Counted from the whole stretch's first letter, positions 1 to 12,598 are shown. The stretch: DNA of 62,878 bases, filler included, from Sphacelaria rigidula (GCA_964200075.2; 5 parts of 5 records of this genome joined end to end with filler, not necessarily neighbours in it); one strand, 5' to 3'. Notes: generated by a model from the sequence alone, not told the origin. A program made the numbers and translations.

Positions 1-4
1 ATCT

Positions 5-50
5 TGACTAAGGCAAGCAACAAATGAGTACGCCCCCCTCCCCCCACCCC
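5..50 (+). repeat. Dispersed ~140-bp repeat family, partial copy (GACTAAGGCAAGCAACAAATGAGTACGCCCCC)
   Basis: The same motif recurs at ~3622-3680, 37556-37630, 53925-54070 and 57046-57200, always followed by a C-tract. Confidence 0.85.
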
Positions 51-799
51 AAAAGAACTCCACGCTTCAAGAAAGGGGCATCAAGTCTCGGATTTTGTTT
101 TTTGGGTACTCTGGTCAAGAGAGGTATTGTTTTCCGTCGTTGATCGGTGTGAGGCCTCGGTAGCCCCCCCTGCAGAAAAGGGATGTGTTTCAAGAGGCAA
201 TATCTACGTGCGAATCAAAATGACAATTGCCGAGCGCATCGAGTAGCTGGGAAACTGCTACGCTTGGGACAACATCCGTCAATGTCATCCCCATGGGGCA
301 CTTCATGCGGTCTGAAACCAGCTGCCACGCAATGTACAACTATTTTCTTCGTAATAGTTTGGGGCTGGTGTGGAGATCGGTTTTCGCGTCCTGATGTAGA
401 GGGTATGGCATTTCGACTTCAAACGGCCTCAACGTTCTGATTTCCCCCTCCTCGTGAAATTTCGGTCACTTTGCTCGCATTGATGTTTTGATGCTTGAGA
501 AAAAGAGCTCGTCGTAAGTATGGAAACTTTTGCTGTGCAAACCTGGTCGAGCGAAACAAAATGGCTGCGGACTGGCCCAGGTCGTACAGCGGTTGAAATC
601 GGGACATGCATGTCAACAAAGCTCATCGCTGGTCTACTAGACAGTATCGCATTCTATTACAGACCGCTACTCCCGTCTCACGCACGTACGTTCCTGAAGC
701 GCACAAAATCGCCTTAAACAACATCCGGACACCATATTGCAATGTACCAGTACAACGACGGTAGCACCGACCCTTTCATTCGCAAAGCCCGCGAAGTAT

Positions 800-2270
800 C
801 TTCTTGCACCGGCAACAGGAGCTTGGAGCAAAAATCATCATCCGCAAGCGTTACAAAAGCAAGTCTTCACTCAAAAAGGCCACGGCAATTCTACCGAAGC
901 GATTAAACAAATCGCATGAGGGGAGTGCTACAGAATCACCGCTCGCAGTTCCACATGCTTCATTGAAATCCAATAGATTGTCTGCGGAGTGCCCGGTGAC
1001 GCTCTCCACGAGGCGATCCACCGACCTGCGGTTGATGGCCTAGTTCTCGATCTTATTTATGAGAGTCACCGTGGAAGCGGAGGAACCACAGTTCATCAGA
1101 TTCAGAGAACGCCAAATTGTTTTTTCCTTGGAGTTGTCCTGCTCATGCGGGTTAAGCAGGACGCCCACCAATTCGTGACACGTCCTGATCTCATCAAACA
1201 AAGCTAAACACTGCGGGCCGTGATTTGTCTCATCAGGTCCATCTAAGGATAGGTACAGTCCGGCGCAACTTCCGAGAGACGGATGAGGGTTTCGATCGTG
1301 AGGCGGGCGGTTTGATGTTGAAGGGTAGACCGTAGCCCTGAAACAATCCCTCCTCACTCGCACTTTCTCCAGGATTGCAGCCGGACAGTGAAACCTGCAA
1401 GCACTTCACAGCATGGAAAGGGGTCCCAAACCCTGCTGCACCAAACAAAATACGCACCGCAGGAATGATGACGGGCATATACAGCAATTTTGAGGAAAAT
1501 AATGTCAGATGATGTAACGGAGGGGGCACTTTTGAATAGCAGAACTCTACCTTATGCATCGTCATGAAAGAGCAAAAGCACAACATGTCGTGACAAAATC
1601 TTCGCAATAATAAATTAAAAAAAAAGAGACGACAACAACATGCAATGTCCGCACCCACTTCCTCATTCATGCGGTCATGGGAGGGTCGTCGTTCGGCAGC
1701 GATAAGGTTCACCTTGACCTGCACCAAATACGCGATAGAGCTGGGCCAGTGCGCAACGAAAATAAACTACAGTGAACAATGTTTTCGTCAGATCGAGAGA
1801 AGAGGATACGATTCAGAGTGAAAACCAGTCAATCAGCGAATGGTTCGTTTCAGTTCCGAAATGCCCCTCCACGAGGCCCGTTATACTTTTTGTAGTAGCT
1901 CGCCACTGAGGCACTAAATATCCCTGAGTAGGATATCGACGTGTAGCTGTAAGAATACGCCAGTGATGGAGGCAAATACAAGCACAGGCAGAATGAAAAA
2001 TTGGTCGAGTTGAAGGGGGTGATCAAAGTCACTCTCAATCAGCGTTCTAATCTCAATCTCACGAAAACGTTGTTAGTGACGACTTGCCTCATGATATTCG
2101 AGTAGTGCTCCATCTCCTCCAAAGTTCACTCCTTGGCATTTCATGCTCGGCTGCGTCGGGGACCAGCAGCTCAACAGAGAAGCCGTGCAAGCGGAGCAGA
2201 GTCGGTGCACCCATTAGGTTCGTTGCACCAGTGGCTGTCGACAACACTTTGCGGAGCAACGGCTCCATGT
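800..2270 (-). pseudogene. Degenerate multi-segment coding relic, possibly the N-terminal/catalytic part of an Academ-type transposase
   Basis: Minus-strand frame ~1395-880 reads ...KTIWRSLNLMNCGSSASTVTLINKIEN*AINRRSVDRLVESVTGHSADNLLDFNEACGTASGDS, which resembles the L-x2-LG-x-C-x-SY ... ADN-x-D-x-N pattern recalled for Academ transposases. It has in-frame stops. Further exon-like pieces lie at ~1655-1718 and ~2085-2270. Confidence 0.35.
1775..2074 (+). mobile_element. 300-bp MITE, family A (AAC...GTT termini, ~50-bp imperfect TIRs, 4-bp TSD AGTG)
   Basis: Starts aacaatgttttcgtcagatcgagag and ends ctcaatctcacgaaaacgttgtt. AGTG flanks both sides (1771-1774, 2075-2078). Homologous to 22215-22517 and, inverted, to 22905-23205. 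Confidence 0.9.
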
Positions 2271-3475
2271 TTATCTACATCGCGCCAGTGACGAGTCTCC
2301 CTGTCGTCCCCGACGATTGCCCCGCAACCCGTCCCGTCCCACTATTCCCCGTTACGGCATCAAAGTGTCCTGCACGCCATCAGATTCGCCGCCGTGACGC
2401 TGCACTCCTCCATTAGAGCAAGAGCCGCTTCATGCAAGCTGAGGAAGTATGAACTACGCGAATCACCCCGGCAACAATCTGGGAACATGAAATATAATAA
2501 AGCGATAGGCCTGTTACTGCCGAGTTTCAGCTGGTTTCACTTGTACCTCTATATCGAGCAAAACGCACAAGGCGGGGCCGATCCGAAAATATTACCGTAT
2601 TTTCTGTAAGTCGATCGATTTACCTGAAAATATACCGTAGGCTAATATGTGGGCAAAAATTACTAATTTCGCTCTGGTACTTATTGCAACGTTTCAGTTT
2701 TGAGTTATAGAAATTTCACCAAAAACAACATCCCCAAAAATTGCAAGTCAAACCAAGACGCTCATGTTGAAGCCTTGGTCGCAAAAAAATACTCAAGTAA
2801 ATCCAAACTGATATTTTTGTTCCAGCAACTTCGTAAATGATACAGCGATCTCCCCCCCCCTCGCCTTCCCAGATCGTCGAAGCGGAATCGAGTGCCGAGG
2901 AGCACAAAAAGCACTAAACGTTCACACACAGGGCGAGAAAATGTTTTCGAGACGATTCCAAACCGATATTTTCACCAACAGCTTTTTGGACGACGGTTTA
3001 GGGCTTCTCTGGGCGAACCAAAAATCGACTTGTGCTGGGGTTTTTTTCGAGCGGAACAAGGCAGGTGATCCCAAATCGTGGATGGCGCCTACCGCATTGT
3101 GCAAGCAGATGTCGTGCATTATTCTAGAGTGCACTGCTTGACTCACGAGTTCAATCCGGCCCTACCCCTGAGGCATCAAACGCAGAGATCATAGAGCCCG
3201 CCCTCCTTCGCGTCGTGGACGAGTAGTTCCCTTGCCGGACTCACGCAAACAGTTGACCCTCCACCGTTCTCGCCCATACACCCTCCAGCCGCCGCCTCCG
3301 TTCCTATTCCCACGCCTCATGCTGCCGCTGCAATTGCACCCGCCCCCTCCATGGCAAGCCCTTCTCTAGGCACCCTGGGACGGTTGCGCAAATGGCACTT
3401 CATAGCGTTGAGCAATGACGAGTTCCACATATATATCATGGCCGACGCAAAAACCGCCATCATCATCACCAACAT

Positions 3476-3555
3476 GCCCCCCCCCCCCACACCAAGGAAC
3501 CCCCCCCCCCCCCCCCCCCCCCCCCCCACCCCCCCCCCCCCCCCCCCCCGCCCCC
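3476..3555. repeat. Poly-C tract
   Basis: Long interrupted C homopolymer; it generates spurious poly-Pro/poly-Gly ORFs. Confidence 0.95.
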
Positions 3556-4219
3556 AAACGTCTTTGGCCATTCCTCTTTTCCAGCCGCCACCGCGCCGCC
3601 CGTGTTCCAGTGCCCACTCCCGCTCCCGTCTCAATGGCCAAACGACTAAGGCAAGCGACAAACAAGTATGCCCCCCCCCTCACGGTTATGGCCGTTCTTC
3701 AGGCACTCTCGGACGGTTGCCCACACCGCACTTCTTAGGGTGGAGCAGTGCCTTGTGCAGCACCTTGCACCTTGCGCATAAGCATGACTCTCCGTCGCCT
3801 CCTCCCCCCCTTGCCGCCGTTCGTATCGCGACCGCCCCTGCCACCTCCTCCGCCGACCAAACCGTCTAATCGACTAGCAGCCCCTCCGTGCCCCCGCCCC
3901 CGATCCCCCTACGATGTAAGAACCGGCATGTCTAGTACAGCGTTGTTCCCCATCCTGCGATGAAGTAGTACCGCGTGGAGTGCCCCGAAAGAGCCATGTC
4001 GGTTCACAACAACCAAATCCAATTGTAAGCAATAGGATGGTCTGGTAGGAGGCGCAGAGTCGTATTGTGTAGAACGCACCGCCGGCGGGTGAGCGCTGTC
4101 GCCCGGGTTTTGAATGTTGACCGAACCAAACCCCGGTCGGAGCCATCCCGCCCGGTTCCTCGACAACAGGCCCGCCTTCTCGGCGGAGAACGGAGTTACC
4201 CCTACCCCTGCGTTGACTT

Positions 4220-4630
4220 TGTTAGTAAACTCGTGACTTCTGGAGAAAAAAATGTATTGTATTACTGAGGCCTTGGTCCCGGAGAGACAGGCTGGGAAGT
4301 GGAGTGAGCATGGTAGGCGGGCTCGCGTCATCTACACATCCCAGAAAATCTAGAAACCACATAGTTTCAGCAACGGAACTTGGACCAACGCCTTTCCTCA
4401 CGTACCACAAAACTTCGGTTCGTTCCCCGCATCACAAATACCATGCTCGGACTAATGCAGCATCCACAAAGAATACTCCTACACAAGCAACAGAAAGGAC
4501 CGCGAACGGTCTTCGCAATTCTCAAATATGTGGTAGCTCAGCAACTTATAGATCGATAGTCCCGTTATTCAAATCGTCCAATCAGATGCTCTACGCAAAT
4601 CAGTCGATACTACAGCGGCTATCACGAACG
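4220..4630 (-). repeat. 3' LTR of copia-1
   Basis: Direct repeat of 9739-10149; plus-strand ends tgttag...gaacg. Confidence 0.95.
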
Positions 4631-4701
4631 CCCTCCCTTGGGGCTGTTGTATTTACCAGACCAAATACACATATTACAATTCCAAATTACGACTCAGACT
4701 T

Positions 4702-6300
4702 CTACTTCTCATTTCTCAAGCCAAGGGCAAAGTCACGGTGAACTTCAAAAAGATCTCTCGGCAGAGCCTTCGTGAGGATGTCCGCATGTTGTTCTTCGCT
4801 GGGAACATGCGTGATCTCGATCACACCCTCCTCGGTCGAATTCCTAAGAAAGTGGTGCCTCACGTCAATGTGCTTACTTCTGCACGAGCTAAGTGGATTC
4901 TCTGCAAGCGCAATCGCACCCTCGTTATCCTCAAGTATCTCAATCTTACGAGGCTTCACACTAGGCGCCAAGAGCTGAAGCATTTCGTTCACAAACAGAA
5001 CCTCCTTCACACCATCACCCATCGCAAGATACTTTGCTTCAGAAGTCGACTGTGAAACGCATTTCTGCGTCCTAGAAATCCAAACTACAAGCATGGCAAC
5101 CACAGAAACCAACGCACCCGAAACTGATCTACGCTAGGTGGCCTTGCTTGCAAAGTCGGCAGCTACGTACACCAACGTGCATATGTCTACCGTACTGTCC
5201 TGTTCGAACTTCAAAGTTAGATGCGCCGTTTCCAGAAGATAATTCAGAATCTTCTGGGCTGCCTTCCAGTGGCTCTTTTTTTGGCTCGTGAGAGTGCCTC
5301 GCCACCGCCCGCACAGCATTCGAGATGTCGGGCCTTGTCTGGTTGGCGATACACATCAGGCTCCCCACTACCTCGCAGAACAGCACATTTCCTGTCCCTA
5401 CATCCTCTATCAAGGACCTGTTATCATTGGCAAGGGAAGCAGGGATCGAGCTGGTGCGACAAATATTTAATCCCTCGAGAACACTCCGGATGTAACTTTC
5501 TTGAGAAATCTCAGTCGTGCCAGCCTTGCGGTCGCGAATAAATGCGCAACCAAGAAAGAACTTGACCTCACCCAATTTCTTCGTAGGAAGAGAGTCACCT
5601 AGCGATTCCACCACCACCTTGGCAAGACTCTTAGTTCCTACATAAATAATTCCATCCACGTGAATCGCGACCATACCCACCACCTCGCCTCCTATCATGA
5701 AACGCAGGACACAGGGGTCAGAGAGAGACTGCTGCAAACCAATCATTTTCGGGTCCGACACTAGCCTCTTGTAAAATGTTCTAGATGCCTGCTTCAACCC
5801 GTACAAATTCTTGTTCAAACGGACAACCTTTCCTGACATCAAACCGCAGCCAAGAGGCAACTTCATGAACACCTCGTGATCCAATTCCGACTGAACAAAC
5901 GCTTGCTCAATATCCCAGTGGAGAAATTCCAAGTTGTACTTCCACGCCAACGCTACTAGCAATCGCATCGATGCAGCATTTGCGTTAAGCGAGAAATTTT
6001 CAAGATAGTCCACACCATACTTCTGCTTGAAGCCCTTCGTTACAAGCCTAGCCTTGGCCTTCACTATCTTCCGTGTTTCATCTGCTTTCTATTTGAAAAC
6101 TCATCTAGCATCAATCACATTACAGCCTAGTGGGATCTTTACTTTTAACGTGAACGTTCCTGCTCTTATCAGGCCTTCAACTTCTGCAGGCATGGCTCCA
6201 TCTCAAATCTTTGCGTGCTTCGATTGCCGGGCTTCTTGATAGCTACCAGGCTCTGCCTTAACATTCTGAACAAATTATTTCGGCAATTCCACGGCGTCAC
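4702..6300 (-). pseudogene. pol: Copia reverse transcriptase + RNase H (frameshifted)
   Basis: KARLVTKGFKQKYGVDY, WDIEQAFVQ, LYGLKQA, HVDG (mutated YVDD), VGSLM...TRPDISNAV, then STSEAKY, EDNEGAIALAENP, RSKHIDVRHHF, QHADILTKAL. Confidence 0.95.
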
Positions 6301-6627
6301 CTGCTCTCTATTCCGCTAAGAGTGCATACATTATATCTGATGCGGAGATGGGTCCTAGGGTGGCCACAAGGCCAGACACGCTCTGCTGATATATTGCATG
6401 GGTTTGCGCACGAGTTCTACCTTCTCTTACTTCATCATTCTCACGCGCATCAGTATCAACAGTAGCAAGCTTAGTGACATGCCTCGGACGACAAGCGGCC
6501 GGAGGAGGTGCCTCCACCTCTACTTCCTGCTCTCCCGGCCCAATCGACTTTACCTCATCATCCCCTCCCGGGTCCGCCATCTCTACTTCCCCTGTCTCCT
6601 GCCCTCCCTTCCCCCCCCCCGTCTATT

Positions 6628-8150
6628 TCAAGTGCTGGAGAAGATACTAGAGGAGTTGTTCACGGGCGAAGATGGAACAGAGCGGGACTGGCCTACACTG
6701 CCTTCATCAACACTGCCAACCTCATCGACTCCTGCACCATAGGATAACACAGCATCAATAGTCACATGAGTACAAATGTGTTGAATTCCCCTCCCTTCAA
6801 GCCGCCATACTTCAGCTTCTACATCGTGGTCACTTTCCTCCCCTCCCTCTTCCGCGATCTCAATCGGAAGAGGGGGTGCGGTGAGCTGTGACCGCAACGC
6901 CTCCCACGTCATATTTCTCGTTTCTTGAATAGTCCCAGCCCTCGTAAGTACTCTATGACAATCACGCGGGTGGTCTCTCGAAGGATCGACATGAAAGCAA
7001 CTCTCACCCTTCGGTAGCAGCTTAGACGGTCGCTGCCACCTGCGGTAAGCCGGCTTTAAAAACAGATACGGTCTAGCAGGACGAGGTTCTTCGTACCACA
7101 TCTCATACGGCGACTTAGAGTCAGGGTTAGCAGAGCACGCTGTGTGGTCAAGTGCCTCGCAAGCGCAATGCATTGCCTCAGTCCAGAGTTTGCCAGTCTT
7201 AGGTAACTGCACATACCCAAACAGAATATTCGCCTGAATACGAGCCGTCATAGCAGCCTCCTCAATCAATCCCAATCCACGCTCTGCAACACCGTTATAT
7301 TGGGGACTGTTTGCCGGAGTGAAATCTTGTTTGATCAAAAGCTCATTGCACACAAATGCAAACTCCCCCCCGAAAAATTCCCCTCCATTGTCAGATCTAG
7401 CAATCTCAACCAATGATGGGATTTCATCAGGACGCACACTAGTAAGAAAACTTCGAAAAGCACTCCCAGCGCCTGATTTATTTCTCAGGAAATACATCCA
7501 TGCACACCTTGTGAAATCATAATTCCCAATCATGGGGTAGTGTTTACCCCCTACGGACGCAACGTCCTTCTTCCCTCCCGGGACAACAAAAACTCTGCCC
7601 AACTCTTTATCCGATCTACTTTGAGTTTCATGAGCAATTCCTTTCCTAACAGCCTTCGACATCGAACATCCCGTACAAGCATGCATGTCACCGGTTAACT
7701 CGGTACCTAGTCGTTTTGCAGTAGTACGAAGTAATCCCTCGTGTGAATGAGCATTTATGTTATGGAACTCGTTCACATCCATCTTCGTTTTATGCTTGGG
7801 GTTTAAAGGAGTGAGGGCAGCCAACACCGAACCAACAGAGCCATCTTCCAGACGATACGCAGTCGCAATTAGCATGCCATCGAAGTTCTGAAAAGTAACA
7901 TGTCTGTCGTAAGCAGTCATCACACCATCAGGACCACCAAGACCATTCCATGACTTACCATCAAACTCTGCGCTGGGGGAAAACAGGTTATACCCTAAGT
8001 TGGAAGAGTACAACACGTTCTCCAACTTTACGGAAAAGTCGCTGTCAGCAGTCACAAACACCAACTACTCCAGTGTTCCAGAGAGTGCGACCTCACAAGT
8101 CACGCCACCAATCCCTTTTACGTTCTTGTGGCAAGGCTTTGCATCCTTCA
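6628..8150 (-). pseudogene. pol: Copia protease C-terminal part + integrase
   Basis: LENVLYSSNLGYNLFS; GAG-pre-integrase H...H...CTGC; rve core RSDNGGEF...SPQYNGVAER; KSPYEMWY. The protease DSG motif was not found. Confidence 0.92.
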
Positions 8151-8299
8151 TACAAGAGAAGAGAATTCACGAACAGCATCATCACTAAACAAGCACCCAC
8201 GCAGCATGGCATCGTACAATGCTACCAGACAGTCAGATCACTCGAGTTGTTCAAGCTGGTTTGAAAGAGCAGCACCAAACTAGACCTCTCACCGTTCTC

Positions 8300-9650
8300 A
8301 TTCTCGTCCTCGGATTTTCCGGTCTGGGTAGGATGAGCGATCACGCGAGCCAGCCAATCCTTCCTCAAGTGACCCTTCTCTCTATGAACGATGGGTCATT
8401 CGGACGGGACACCACAAGAGTTTCACGCAAAGTCTTGTACTCGTGCGACAGTCCCTCAAGCATCAGGTTGCACACCTCTCTGTCATCTTTCTTGACTTCA
8501 AGCATTTGTAAAACACGAAGCGTCTCTCTCATGGATGCGGAGAAGGTTGCGAGATTCTCGCATGCGTAGCGACTTCAGTTTCTCTTCCACCTACGAAAGT
8601 ACAGTACGCTACTCACAAACAATGGGAGCACACTGTTGTATCCTACGAGCTTACGCGGCTCAGCTTGGAAGATATCTACCATCAAGGATCCATATGAAAC
8701 GGTATGTTACTGCACCCACGGTCACTGCTGAGGCCCTTTATAAACCGGAATCTATAGCACCGCTATTTTGCTACAGTCAAAATCCAGAACGAAACAAGCA
8801 GCTAGATTACTGGCTGTATAGAATTTCAACAACAGTATCATGTTGGTAAGTCGAGATCAATATATGCAATCGGAATCTCGGCTTCAGAAATAGACGCCTC
8901 ATACAGGTTGTTGTGTCGGGCACTCAACAGAAAGTTTTGCGATCATGAGGGATACGATACGTCGTTACCGTCAAAAACAGGAGCTTTGGAAAATTTAAAA
9001 GGACCCCTACCCGACTTTTCTCCTGTTTCATAAATGTCAGCCCCAGGAATCAGCGAGTTTCCACTGGCGACGATTTTCCCACCACTTCGTCAGAGAAGGA
9101 GCGGGCGGAACAGAGGACTGGCCTAAAGCTCCACCTACAGTCCCGATCGAACCAAATTTTACTGCAGCAACAGAGGAACGATTTCAAGAAGATACATGAG
9201 GATTCAAGCCTGAGTCTGCGAGACTGCTACCCACATGCTGGACGCGCCTATGCCTTGGGCATCGCCACCCATACCTCCCGCGGTCCCACCAGTACCGAAT
9301 TACAGTAGATACATGAGGATTCAAGCCTGAGTATGCAACACTACTACTCCCAACCCGCATGCTGGGCACGCCTGAGCCTTGGGCATCACCACCCGTACTT
9401 CCCACGGTTCCCCCACCAGTAGCATCGTCAGAAAGATGCATACTAGTCTCTGGCCCGCTGCCTCCCGGCGCGGCAGCTACAAAACCAGAGGACTCCAGTT
9501 TCCCCCCCCGTTGCTCAACTGGCGTCGATACTAGAGTCATAGGTTGAGACAACTGTGTCTCTATGGAACAAATCCTCTCACCAACGTCCAGCGATCAACC
9601 CTCCGCTGGGTGAACCGCAGGATCTTTGTTTCCCGGTTCAGCCATGATGA
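8300..9650 (-). pseudogene. gag: Copia gag remnants
   Basis: UBN2-like NLMLEGLSHEYKTLRETL at ~8420-8470. Gly/Ser-rich N-terminal ORF 9184-9552 lies just downstream of the 5' LTR. Confidence 0.7.
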
Positions 9651-9738
9651 GGCAGGTTGATCAAGCCTCCCTCGATAGTCTCATGCACAGTGCACAGCCC
9701 AGGGGAACGTAGCAGCAGGCGACTGATGTGCTATAGCG

Positions 9739-10149
9739 TGTTGGTAAACTCGTGACTTCTGGAGAAAAAAATGTATTGTATTACTGAGGCCTTGGTCCCG
9801 GAGAGACAGGCTGGGAAGTGGAGTGAGCATGGTAGGCGGGCTCGCGTCATCTACACATCCCAGAAAATCTAGAAACCACATGGTTTCAGCAACGGAACTC
9901 GGACCAACGCCTTTCCTCACGTACCGCAAAACTTCGGTTCGTTCCCCGCACCACAAATACCATGCTCGGACTAATGCAGTATCCACAAAGAATACTCCTA
10001 CATAAGCAACAGAAAGGACCGCAAACGTTCTTTGCTATTCTCAAATATGTGGTAGCTCAGCAACTTATAGATCGACAGTCTCGCTATTCAAATCGTCCAA
10101 TCAGATGTTCTACGCAAATCAGTCGATACTACAGCAGCTATCACGAACA
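9739..10149 (-). repeat. 5' LTR of copia-1
   Basis: TG...CA ends (tgttgg...gaaca); direct repeat of 4220-4630. Confidence 0.95.
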
Positions 10150-11582
10150 TACTTCTCGCCAGAACCGTATGATTCCCGCCACTACAGAACAGACAGTCCT
10201 ATAAAATGAGGTTGTACGATGAAATAAGGTTCAAGCCCGAAAAAGTGATTTCTCAACACTTACAGCGATGGTGTCCAATGACGTCTTTGTCGGCCCAATG
10301 GCCCTCGATTGCGCAGATAATTTTTCAGCATGTTTTGCCGTCTCTGTAAGCTTAGATCCACTTTTATGGCAGGCAAGAATCTCGATTTTTTCGAAATCGA
10401 GGGGACAAAAAATGGGGGAACGCACTTCATGGACACGGATTGGGACCATATCAGGGGCGAAAAAACCGGGGGGTCGCGATCTCGGAACGTTTTTCCCCGA
10501 TTTTTTTTTTTAACTCGGGGGGAAATCGTTCTCACTTCCCCGATGTTTTTGAGGTGACGTACGTACATGACGTGCATTGCTAGAGTACGAGGCGTTTGAT
10601 ATTTTGGCAACGGCAGCAGAAGTCAGGTTCGTGACAGCACGGGCGTGCGTACTGCTGCCCCCAGCTGCTGAAGCAACTTCGCACGGTGTTTGACAAGCGG
10701 ATAGTAAGTGCTGACGCCATACCCTACGGCGAAAGAACTATTTTTCACTGCGCTGCGCTACCATATATATGTATCACTATAACGAGCGCTACTGTACTCT
10801 CCTAGCTGTTGTCGCTGTGCTTGAGGGGTGATGTGCGGCACTGCACTAAACAGCCTGGAACCGTTGTTGAGGTTTAACATTTTTATGAGGTTTAACGGAC
10901 CATCGAAATTTCCTTTACTTTTTTCAAAAGGCTCTGGAGCCGCAAGCGGTTTCGACCATGTGCCCCTAACCCAGACGTTCCAGCACTGGAGCGAAATCAT
11001 GATGGTGTGCAGTCCAACCGAAAAGCCGCCCTCATTGATCATGTGCCGCATCTGTCGAGCAACCCTTGCTGCGTCTAAGCGCTGCAGAACACGTGACAAA
11101 GCATGCTGAAAAACATAACTATTTGGACGAGTCATCGAGTTTTCCAGCGCCTCTTGTTGGGTATGTGAGAGAGACTTCATACTGCTGCGCCGGCGACGAC
11201 CGCCGTCAGAGAAACGATCCAATGCGGCGGCAGACGTCAACGATCTTCGAAACGCAGCGTCATTCAGCAGTCTGCTGAGATATACCATCACCACAGCACA
11301 GCATAACCACAGTACAGTGGTCAGTTGGATCAAATGGGGGCCCCACGATAAAACTGCAGACACACACAACGGGGGTAAGGGTTGTTGGTCCGACGCCTGG
11401 GGTCGTTTCGCCAGTAGTGCCCATGCGAGGCGCTTCATCTAGTCTGAACCAGCTATCAAGCCTTGTATGGCCACCTCCGCCGTGGCTGTTATTAGAACCG
11501 GTTTCGCGGTGGAGCTGTTGAAAAACACTACTGTTGTAGTGCAACGCGCTTAAAAAATTCGAGCCGTTTCTTCTTCATTCAA

Positions 11583-11679
11583 TCCTTTGACCACGAGATT
11601 CGTCTTTCTGGATCATCCATACTTTTTTCACTTGAAATCGATTGCGATTCAACAGAAGACTAACCTCGCGGTGTAAGGG
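11583..11679. mobile_element. ~97-bp piggyBac-like mini-MITE (CCC...GGG ends, TTAA-type TSD)
   Basis: tcaa|tcctttgaccacgag ... ctcgcggtgtaaggg|ttaa. An inverted homologue lies at 29976-30085. Confidence 0.65.
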
Positions 11680-11683
11680 TTAA

Positions 11684-12101
11684 AAGCCGCGGCAGCTCTA
11701 GTTTGAATATCCCTTCTGACGGTCCCAAACGGGTGCTGATGAAGCGACGAAAAGCGCTGGCACCTTCCCCTCAGATGCGATTCGAGACAACTGTGGGAGG
11801 CATTTAGTGAATATCGCTTGGAAGGAAATATGTAGAACAGTATTCAGGAGGATCGTCAGTACATGTTCCCCTGTTGAAAACCGAAATTTCCTTTCTCGGA
11901 CACTTTACACCTGTTCAACAATGTACGACTACTTTCCAAGAAAACAACCCGTTATTTCCGGATTTCCCCTGGGGTTTAATTCTAACGCTGAGGTTGTCTC
12001 AAATCCCATCTCAGGATGACGGTGCCAGCGCTTTCCGTCTCTGCGTCAGCACCCGTTTGGGACCGTCAGAAGAGATATTCAAACTAGAGCTGCCGCGGCT
12101 T
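11684..12101. mobile_element. 418-bp MITE with ~110-bp TIRs and TTAA TSD (Kolobok-like RR termini)
   Basis: ttaa|aagccgcggcagctctagtttgaatatc ... gatattcaaactagagctgccgcggctt|ttaa. Confidence 0.85.
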
Positions 12102-12498
12102 TTAAATTAAAAAGACACGGCTCGAATTTTTTAAGCGCGTTGCACCGCGAAACCGGTTTTCATAACAGCCACAGCGGAGGTGGCCATATACAAGGCTTGA
12201 TAGCTGGTTCAGACTAGATGAAGCGCCTCGCATGGGCACTACTGGCGAAACAACCCCAGGCGTCGGACCAACAACCCTTACCCCCGTTGTGTGTGTCTGC
12301 AGTTTTATCGTGGGGCCCCCATTTGATCCAACTGACCACTGTACTGTGGTTATGCTGTGCTGTGGTGATGATACATCTCAGCAGTCTGCTGAATGACGCT
12401 GCGTTTCGAAGATCGTTGACGTCTGCCGCCGCATTGGATCGTTTCTCTGACGGCGGTCGTCGCCGGCGCAGCAGTATGAAGTCTCTCTCACATACCCA

Positions 12499-12598
12499 NN
12501 NNNNNNNNNNNNNNNNNNNNNNNNNNNNNNNNNNNNNNNNNNTTAATTAATTAANNNNNNNNNNNNNNNNNNNNNNNNNNNNNNNNNNNNNNNNNNNN
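12499..12598. other. Artificial contig linker N44-TTAATTAATTAA-N44
   Basis: 100-bp spacer with stops in all six frames; identical at four positions. Confidence 0.98.

Larger units (their letters stand above)
4220..10149 (-). mobile_element. Full-length degenerate Ty1/copia LTR retrotransposon (copia-1)
   Basis: Two 411-bp LTRs (4220-4630, 9739-10149; about 17 mismatches by eye) and a 5-bp TSD GACTT/TACTT. PPT aagggaggg sits next to the 3' LTR. Domain order gag-PR-IN-RT-RH on the minus strand. Confidence 0.96.
10849..12498. mobile_element. Long foldback (palindromic) element, family B (AACAGCCTGG terminus); right arm truncated by the contig end
   Basis: 12106-12498 is the near-perfect reverse complement of ~11157-11578. 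The left terminus aacagcctggaaccgttgttgagg is shared with 24816 and 23310/23733. Confidence 0.85.

Noticed and set aside
3317-3869. Proline-rich and glycine-rich ORFs
   Set aside because: They arise from a poly-C tract plus a dispersed repeat; no domain or splice support.
10758-12550. Apparent duplicated gene (MKRLAWALLAK ORFs on opposite strands)
   Set aside because: A by-product of the foldback arms; no recognisable protein motif.
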